Assembly (NCBI GenBank): GCA_038230375.1
Contig: JBBRNJ010000007.1
Coordinates: 1 to 64,000 of the forward strand
From: Polyangiales bacterium
GTDB lineage: Bacteria > Myxococcota_A > Polyangia > Polyangiales > Polyangiaceae
Direction of reading: 5' to 3'
DNA: 64,000 nucleotides
In this document: one piece after another, positions 54,552 to 61,129 of the stretch
Layout of the letters: each line of letters opens with the position of its first letter
How positions within the stretch are numbered: position 1 is the first letter of the stretch
The notes under the pieces: model-generated
The model's input: only the letters and a program-made list of their open reading frames with translations
What the model was told of the DNA's origin: nothing
Databases searched by the model: none
Translations under genes and position numbers: made by a program

Positions 54552-55868
54552 TCAGGGAAAGCCCGCGACGCTCACGGGAGAGTACTCGTGTTGCGTCGTG
54601 GAGTCTTCAGCGAGCTCACTGTAGAAGTTCGTACCCCAGCAGAGGACTACGCCGTTCGCATTCACTGCGCACGTATGCATGCCGAGCACCTGGCCCATGC
54701 TGACCGCGTTCGAGATGCCGACCACGCCCGACGGTGTGGGGTTCGGCATCCCGCTCGTGGCGGACTTCATGCCGATGCCGAGCTGCCCGTCGTCGTTCAA
54801 GCCCCAACACGACACCGAGCCGCTCTTGCGCACCGCGCACGTGTGGCTCGTGCCGGCGCCGATGCTGACTGCGTCCTGGATTGCAGTCACCACGGCTGGC
54901 GTGGGCGTGGCGGCGCTGGTGCTGGTGCCGTTGCCGAGCTGTCCGTAGTCATTGCCGCCCCAGCACATGATCTGCCCTGTGGACTTCACGGCGCAGCTGA
55001 AATTGAAGCCCGCGGTGATGTGCATGCCCTGACTCACGCCCACGTCCGTCGGCGTGTACGCATCCTTGGTGGTGCCATTGCCGAGCTGCCCGGACGTGTT
55101 CATGCCCCAGCAGCTCACCGTGCCGCCGCTGCGGAGGGCGCACGCGTGGTAGCTGCCCACCGCGACCTCGACTGCGTCGGAGAGACCACTCACATCCACG
55201 ATCGACGTGGTCGCGGAGTTGTTGCCGTTGCCGAGCTGCCCGTGACCGTTGTCGCCCCAGCACTTCACGGCGCCGCCCGCGATGACCGCGCACGTGAACA
55301 CGATGCCGCCGGCAACCTGCACCACGTTCGAGACGCCGCTGACGGCGATGGGTGTGGGACTCTGCGGGACCTTCTTCCCGTCGCCGAGCTGCCCCGAGTA
55401 GTTGTAGCCCCAGCACACCAGGCTGTGGTCGCTCTTGATCGCGCACGTGTGGTTCAGGCCGTTGCCGATGCCGATGATGCCGGTGCTCGCGCCCACCACG
55501 GAGTTTGGCGTGATGATGTCCGGGGGGTCACCGCCGTCCGGGAACGTGCCGATGCCGTTGCCGGACTGTCCGAGCACGTTGGAGCCCCAGCACTTCAGTA
55601 CGCCGCTCTTCGACTTCGCGCACGTGTGGTCGAATCCACCGATGACCTGCACCACGGGAGGCGCGGCGATCGGGCCGGCGTCGTCCATGCTGATCGGGCC
55701 GCTGTCGTCGCCGCCGCCCGGGTCGCCGGAGCCATCGAAGGTGCCGCCGTTGCCGCCGCCGTCGTTGTTGAACGAGCCCGGGTTGCCGGGCTGCACGTCC
55801 ACCACGCCCACGATCGCGTTGCACGCGAGCAGCATGAGCGGGAGCAGCGCTGCGATCGTTCGCTTCAT
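54552..55868 (-). CDS. Lipoprotein (CNAIVG start) with an RCC1-repeat beta-propeller; third gene of cassette 2
   Basis: LLAC-NAIVG; G/D linker; seven blades like HTCA...CWG.N..GQLG; ATGA overlap with the upstream gene. Confidence 0.9.
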   Translation of the reverse strand: MKRTIAALLPLMLLACNAIVGVVDVQPGNPGSFNNDGGGNGGTFDGSGDPGGGDDSGPISMDDAGPIAAPPVVQVIGGFDHTCAKSKSGVLKCWGSNVLGQSGNGIGTFPDGGDPPDIITPNSVVGASTGIIGIGNGLNHTCAIKSDHSLVCWGYNYSGQLGDGKKVPQSPTPIAVSGVSNVVQVAGGIVFTCAVIAGGAVKCWGDNGHGQLGNGNNSATTSIVDVSGLSDAVEVAVGSYHACALRSGGTVSCWGMNTSGQLGNGTTKDAYTPTDVGVSQGMHITAGFNFSCAVKSTGQIMCWGGNDYGQLGNGTSTSAATPTPAVVTAIQDAVSIGAGTSHTCAVRKSGSVSCWGLNDDGQLGIGMKSATSGMPNPTPSGVVGISNAVSMGQVLGMHTCAVNANGVVLCWGTNFYSELAEDSTTQHEYSPVSVAGFP

Positions 55869-56890
55869 AGCGCCCCCGACATGGTGAGGCCTGCGAACGT
55901 GGGGCCGACGGCCGGCGTGATCCGAGGTGACTTCAGCGTTCCCATCGGCGCGGGGGAGCTCTTGTCCGACGGTGACATGAAAAAGAGGACGAGCCCCAGA
56001 CCCACGAGCGCGCCACCCGCGAACATGGACGCAGTGGCAATGGTGCCATCCGTCTTGGCGTCGTTTGCGAGCTTCACGCCCGTGGAGTCGCAGATGACGC
56101 CGGTGCAGTGCTTCTTGGCGTCTCCCCACGCGGAGAACGTGGCGAGACCAAAGTACGAGCCCACGCCCACGCCGATCACGCCCGCACCTAGGACGACGTA
56201 GCTGGCAGTGCGCATGCCGCTCCCCTTGCTCTCGACGAGGGGGGTCGTGGTGTCGCTGCTCTGCGTCCCGCCGCCACCGTCGTTGGTAGCCTTCGTGCCG
56301 CCGGCTTCCTTCGCGCCGCCGCCCTGGTCTTCTTCGAGAGGTGGAATCGTCACGTTCTCGTTCTGCGCCTCCGTGATGTTCACGGTCTTCGACCACGTCT
56401 TCTTGCCCGGTGCGCGCGCGGTGATCGTGTGCGATCCGGGGTCGACCGGTACGGGCGAGCCGACCGCGCCTTCGTCCACGGGCACGTCGTCGCGCTTCAC
56501 CTCCAGGCTGGGATCCTTCCAGGTGATGGTGAGCTTCGGCAAACGCGGTTCGAGCTTCAGCGCGCGCTCTCTCGCGGTCTTCTCGCGGTCGGGGCGGTTC
56601 GTGCGCTGCGCGAAGCTCTGCGCCTCCTTGTAGCGTGCCCACGCGCTCGCGATCTGACCGGTCTTCTCGTAGCAGGCGCCCAGGTTGAGCAGCGTGCCCA
56701 CGCCTGGACCAGCCTTCTGGCTGGCGAGGAACTTGGGACACGCCTCCTTGTAGTTGCCGGCGTCAGAGAGCTTGCGCGCCTCCTGGAAGAGCGACTCGGC
56801 GGCCGCTGCATCTTCGTCGGCGAGCGCGATGCGCGGCGCGACTGCAGAGCAGAAGACAAGAGCAGCGAGCGCGACGGCGATGGGGCGCAT
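55865..56890 (-). CDS. Secreted TPR + PEGA/Ig-like protein with a Gly-rich helical hairpin and a terminal beta-hairpin; second gene of cassette 2
   Basis: Signal peptide (ALA); AESLFQEARKL...ACPKFLAS...GTLLNLGACYEK...ASAW; PVDPGSHTI; ends PRITPAVGPTFAGLTMSGAL; clear paralogue of 35112-36149. Confidence 0.82.
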   Translation of the reverse strand: MRPIAVALAALVFCSAVAPRIALADEDAAAAESLFQEARKLSDAGNYKEACPKFLASQKAGPGVGTLLNLGACYEKTGQIASAWARYKEAQSFAQRTNRPDREKTARERALKLEPRLPKLTITWKDPSLEVKRDDVPVDEGAVGSPVPVDPGSHTITARAPGKKTWSKTVNITEAQNENVTIPPLEEDQGGGAKEAGGTKATNDGGGGTQSSDTTTPLVESKGSGMRTASYVVLGAGVIGVGVGSYFGLATFSAWGDAKKHCTGVICDSTGVKLANDAKTDGTIATASMFAGGALVGLGLVLFFMSPSDKSSPAPMGTLKSPRITPAVGPTFAGLTMSGAL

Positions 56891-58563
56891 CAGTCTCGCG
56901 AGTTGGGGATGCCACCCGGCGGATCGTCTTGTGGCTTCGGCTGTGCGGGCTTCGGCTGCGTGGGCTTCCTGACACCGCCCGTGTTGCTGCCTCCTCCATT
57001 CGAGAAGCCTCCACCGCCTCCGCTCTTCGGAGCAGGCGGCTTCGCGCTGGCCACGCCGGGTACGCTGGGCAGCACGTCTGGCGAGACCGTGGGAATGCCG
57101 TCCTGGGTGCCTCTGTTCGCGCCAGTGTTCATGCCGGTGTTCACGGGCGGAGCCATGTTGCCGGGCGCGATGCCCGCTCCGTTGTTGCCTCCGTTGGCAA
57201 CGGGACCGGGAAGAGGAGCCATGCCGCCGCTTGCGCCGTTCGGCAGCGGGATCACCTCTGCGTTGTTGGGCAGAGGCTGCGCGGCAGCGGAGGGCATCAC
57301 GGGCGCTTCTTCATGCTTGTATTTTGCATGTATCGCGATGCCCGCAAGACCGAGCGCGCACGTGAGCAGCGCGACGGTCGCCAGCACGGACCCCTTCGAC
57401 TGCGGCGGTCGCTTGCGCGCGTTGGTCGCGCCCCATGCGCCGCCGTCGGTCTCGTTGGAGCCGGGCGGTCCAGAGGGCATTCGTTGCGGGCCCGTCTGCG
57501 AGATGAGACCAGGCACCGACCCTGACATCGCGCCGGACATGCCCGACATGAACGGTCCGCTGCCAGATCCGCTACCAGGATGGAGCATGAACGGCCCGGA
57601 CGCGCCGGGGGAGCTAGAGGGGCGGAACGGTCCGGACATGGACGCTGACGGCGGCACTGCGAGCACCATCGCGGCTTTCTCCGCGACCTGGTGCGCCCAC
57701 CCGGGGTTCGACGAGAAGGGCACGAGGGCGTGCGCGAGCTCGGCGACGTTCTGCACGCGCGCCTCGCGCTGCTTCTCGAGGCAACGCATCACGAGCGCCT
57801 CGAACTCGAGCGGAAGGTGCGGCGCGACGCTGCGCAGCGGCGCGGGTGCTTCGTGCATGACCATGCTGAAGAGCCGGCCGAGTGTCTCTGAATCGAACGG
57901 CGCGCGGCCTGCCGTGAGGCGATACAGGATGACGCCGAGCGACCACACGTCCGAGCGCGCGTCGACGTCGCGCGGATCCCGCATCTGCTCGGGCGACATG
58001 AACCGCGGGCTTCCGAGCATGGTGGCGGTGGTCGTGACCTCCATGTCGGTGGCCGAGAACGGAGTGGCCTTGGAGATGCCAAAGTCCAGGACCTTGACGG
58101 TGGGAACGCCGCTGGCACCTGCGCTGACGAACAGGTTCGCGAGCTTCACGTCGCGATGGACGACGCCCATCGCGTGCGCCTCCGCGAGCGCGTCACACGC
58201 TTGCAACACGTAGTCACAAGCTTCAGCGAGGGGCAGCGCGCCACGCTCGCGCGCGACGGCAGCGAGGTCCTTGCCCTCCAGATACTCCATGACCATGTAG
58301 GGGTCGCCGTTGTCGAGCATGCCGACGTCGAGCACGCGCGCAACGTGTTCGCTGCGAAGACGAGAGGAGGCCTTCGCCTCGCGATAGAACCGCTTCTTCG
58401 CCTCGTCGCCCTCGAGGACACCGGCGCGCATGAACTTCAGCGCGACCATCTGATCCAATTGGAGATGAAGTGCAGCGACGACGTAGCCCATGCCGCCGGA
58501 CCCGATCGTCCGTTCGACGCGGTACTTCCCGTCCAGGACGGTTCCCGGCTTGATGTCGCTCAC
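56890..58563 (-). CDS. Membrane Ser/Thr kinase; first gene of cassette 2
   Basis: IGSGGMGYV, ALK, HRDVKLAN, DFG, GSPRFMSPE; one TM; P/G/N-rich tail; TGATG overlap with the TPR gene. Confidence 0.94.
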   Translation of the reverse strand: MSDIKPGTVLDGKYRVERTIGSGGMGYVVAALHLQLDQMVALKFMRAGVLEGDEAKKRFYREAKASSRLRSEHVARVLDVGMLDNGDPYMVMEYLEGKDLAAVARERGALPLAEACDYVLQACDALAEAHAMGVVHRDVKLANLFVSAGASGVPTVKVLDFGISKATPFSATDMEVTTTATMLGSPRFMSPEQMRDPRDVDARSDVWSLGVILYRLTAGRAPFDSETLGRLFSMVMHEAPAPLRSVAPHLPLEFEALVMRCLEKQREARVQNVAELAHALVPFSSNPGWAHQVAEKAAMVLAVPPSASMSGPFRPSSSPGASGPFMLHPGSGSGSGPFMSGMSGAMSGSVPGLISQTGPQRMPSGPPGSNETDGGAWGATNARKRPPQSKGSVLATVALLTCALGLAGIAIHAKYKHEEAPVMPSAAAQPLPNNAEVIPLPNGASGGMAPLPGPVANGGNNGAGIAPGNMAPPVNTGMNTGANRGTQDGIPTVSPDVLPSVPGVASAKPPAPKSGGGGGFSNGGGSNTGGVRKPTQPKPAQPKPQDDPPGGIPNSRD

Positions 58564-58799
58564 GTCATTAGTGTACGAGCCGGCTGCCCCGCGGGCAAAG
58601 AGCGAAACCGAGTTTTTTGGTGGATGGACAAGAGGTTATCCATCATTTGTCCTCCTCCTGGCCGCCCTGGTGTCTCCGCCGTGCAACGCGTGAAGGGGAC
58701 GCTCCCCCATGCCCAGGTCAGGCTAAGCTACGGCATCCTCCCAACTTTCCATACCCATGCGCCGCGTCGAAAGTAGCTGTAGCGTCCATCGAGGCTTCC

Positions 58800-59588
58800 G
58801 TGTGTGAGCTCCTCGGGATGGAGTGCAACGTCCCCACGGACATCGTGTTCTCGTTCTCCGGCCTCGCGCTGCGCGGCGGAAGGAAGGGGCCGCACGGCGA
58901 CGGTTGGGGTCTCGCGCTCTACGACGGCAAGGCAGTGCGCACGTTTCTCGAGCCCACCGCCGCGGCGAACTCGACGCTCGCGCGCTTCGTGAAGGAGAAC
59001 CCGATCAAGACGCTGCTCGCCGTCGCGCACGTGCGCAAGAAGACGCGCGGGTCAGCGACGCTCGCGAACACGCATCCATTCGTGCGCGAGCTGTGGGGTC
59101 GCGCGTTCACGTTCGCGCACAATGGTACCGTGCGACGCGTACGTCGGTTTCCGCTCGGACGCTTCCGCCCCATCGGTGACACCGACAGCGAGTACGCATT
59201 CTGCGCGCTGCTCGACCATCTCGCCCGCGCGTTCAACGAGTATCCGCGAACGCCACGGGAGCTCACCCGTTTCTACAAGGCCGTCGCCAGCGCTGGCCGC
59301 GCCATCGGAGAGTCGGGGACGTTCAACTTCCTGCTCGGCGACGGCACACATCTCTTCGCGCGGTGCGCGACGAAGCTTCACTACATCGTCAGAAAGGCTC
59401 CATTCCGCGTTGCCACGCTCGCCGACGACGACGTCCAGATCAATTTCTCCGACGTGACGACGCCAAGGGACCGCGTGGTCGTCGTTGCGACCATGCCACT
59501 CACGCGGGATGAAGTCTGGACGCAAGGTGAACCTGGAACGCTGTGGGTGTTCGACCGAGGTCGCCTCCGCGCCACGCTTCCCGCGTGA
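58800..59588 (+). CDS. Class II glutamine amidotransferase, YafJ-like
   Basis: N-terminal nucleophile M-C-ELLGM (GTG 58800), HGDGWG, AHVRK, NTHPF, FAHNG, GDTDSE, FNFLL. Confidence 0.9.
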   Translation: MCELLGMECNVPTDIVFSFSGLALRGGRKGPHGDGWGLALYDGKAVRTFLEPTAAANSTLARFVKENPIKTLLAVAHVRKKTRGSATLANTHPFVRELWGRAFTFAHNGTVRRVRRFPLGRFRPIGDTDSEYAFCALLDHLARAFNEYPRTPRELTRFYKAVASAGRAIGESGTFNFLLGDGTHLFARCATKLHYIVRKAPFRVATLADDDVQINFSDVTTPRDRVVVVATMPLTRDEVWTQGEPGTLWVFDRGRLRATLPA

Positions 59589-59684
59589 TCGCAGCCGGGC
59601 TCGTGACCAGAATGGTCCCGTGACACAGACGATTGTCGAGACTTCGTGATACCCGGCGGTCGCGTCTGATTTAGGATGGGGATC

Positions 59685-60512
59685 GTGAGTAGATCCACAG
59701 CGAGCCGGCGTGGGGAACTGGGGCCCGGCAAGACGCCGTCGTCCAGCAAGGCCGACGCGGAGTTGACCGGTATCCGGAAGGTGCTCGCCGACAAGGCGAT
59801 CCACGTGGTTTACCAGCCGCTCGTCGACCTTCGAACGAAGAAGATCTTCGCGTACGAGGCGCTCGTGCGCTCCAAGGTCCCGGAGTACAAGAGCCCGCCG
59901 GAGCTGTTTCACGCGGCGGTGGAGGAGCAGCTCACGGGCGAGCTCGGTAGGCTCATACGGGAGATGGCGATCGAGGGTTGTGGCTCGCATCCACTCTTCT
60001 TGAACATCCACCCGGCGGAGCTGAATCAGCGCTTCGTCGTCCAGCCCGACGATCCGATCTTCTCGCACTCGGAGGACGTCTACCTGGAGATCACGGAGGG
60101 CGTTCCGCTCAGTCATTTCCGGCTGTGCCAGAGCATCCTGCGCGAGGTGCGCGGTCGCGGGGTCTATCTCGTCGTCGACGACCTCGGCGCAGGCTACTCC
60201 AACCTGAAGTACATCGCCGACCTGCACCCGCGCATCGTGAAGCTCGACCGCGATCTCATCGCGGGGCTCGTGAAGGACACGCGGCTCTACAAGCTTGTCT
60301 GCGGCATCGTTGTATTATGCACGGATCTCGGCGCGCTGGTCGTTGCGGAAGGCATCGAGACCGCCGAGGAGCTCGACGCAGTGTGCTCGTCGGGCGCGCA
60401 CTACGGACAGGGCTACTTGCTCGCGCGGCCCGCGTTCCCGCCGCCGCCCATCACGTGGCCCATGAAGAAGGCTGTCACGGGGCAGCTTCCGCGCTCGAAG
60501 CGGTCCACCTGA
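59685..60512 (+). CDS. Stand-alone EAL-domain c-di-GMP phosphodiesterase
   Basis: YQPLV, EALVR, LNI, LEITE, DDLGAGYS, VKLDR, AEGIE, QGY; ATG 59676 is an alternative start. Confidence 0.9.
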   Translation: MSRSTASRRGELGPGKTPSSSKADAELTGIRKVLADKAIHVVYQPLVDLRTKKIFAYEALVRSKVPEYKSPPELFHAAVEEQLTGELGRLIREMAIEGCGSHPLFLNIHPAELNQRFVVQPDDPIFSHSEDVYLEITEGVPLSHFRLCQSILREVRGRGVYLVVDDLGAGYSNLKYIADLHPRIVKLDRDLIAGLVKDTRLYKLVCGIVVLCTDLGALVVAEGIETAEELDAVCSSGAHYGQGYLLARPAFPPPPITWPMKKAVTGQLPRSKRST

Positions 60513-60995
60513 CTAGCGCGCACGGAGCGTGAGCGAGATCGTCGTTGTCACTTCGCCGCCCTGGAACGCGTACACGTGCGCGGACGACAGCGCCTGACCG
60601 ACGCAGCGCGAGAGCGGCTCGGGGAGATCACGCGGCTCGTCCACCACGACCTGCGCGACCGGGCCCTCCGGCACGAACGTCACGCGCGCGTGGACCTTGG
60701 TGTCCGCAGCCGGGATGCAGGGGCTGACGTCGGCGTTGCGGGGCTCCGCACGTGCCTCGGTCTCGTCGAACGGCGGGAGCGGCGGCGGCTCGGGGTCCGG
60801 GTCCTGCGGCGGATCCGGAGCGGTGTAGCTGGAGCCGCTCGAAGACTCGCGCGAGGCGTTGGCGACGGCCTCTGCCGTGATGGCGGCCGCGATGAGCGCG
60901 CCCTCCGCGAGCGCCTTGCCCCCACCGGCATGCTTGCAACCACACAGGACGGCGAGGAAGACGAACGCAAGGATCGTGAACGTTCGCGTGACCAT
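60513..60995 (-). CDS. Lipoprotein with a C-terminal AgmX/PglI (TonB_C-like) domain
   Basis: VLCGC lipobox; Pro-rich linker; PFDETEA...C...VHARVTFVPEG...SRCVGQAL...AFQG. Confidence 0.65.
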   Translation of the reverse strand: MVTRTFTILAFVFLAVLCGCKHAGGGKALAEGALIAAAITAEAVANASRESSSGSSYTAPDPPQDPDPEPPPLPPFDETEARAEPRNADVSPCIPAADTKVHARVTFVPEGPVAQVVVDEPRDLPEPLSRCVGQALSSAHVYAFQGGEVTTTISLTLRAR

Positions 60996-61008
60996 GGCCT
61001 CTCTTCAT

Positions 61009-61023
61009 TCAAGCACCGTGCCG
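61009..61023 (-). promoter_or_regulatory. Sigma-54-like promoter
   Basis: Minus strand CGGCACG-GTGC-TTGA, 13 nt before the ATG at 60995. Confidence 0.55.
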
Positions 61024-61068
61024 CTCCTGCGCACGCGGAATCGCCGTAAATCTCCGGCGATCGTTTCC

Positions 61069-61119
61069 GTTCACACTCCCCAGTTCACGTCGACCGCGTT
61101 CACGGGAACTGCGGTTCAC
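61069..61119. repeat. Four GTTCAC direct repeats
   Basis: Copies start at 61069, 61083, 61098 and 61114 (periods 14, 15, 16). Confidence 0.8.
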
Positions 61120-61129
61120 AGCCCTTTTG

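Noticed and set aside
54552..56741. 729-aa RCC1 fusion ORF
   Set aside because: The upstream part is off-frame over the TPR gene; the lipoprotein signal starts at 55868.
61069..61119. Possible mini-CRISPR array
   Set aside because: Repeats are 6 bp with 8-10 bp spacers, and no cas genes are present.
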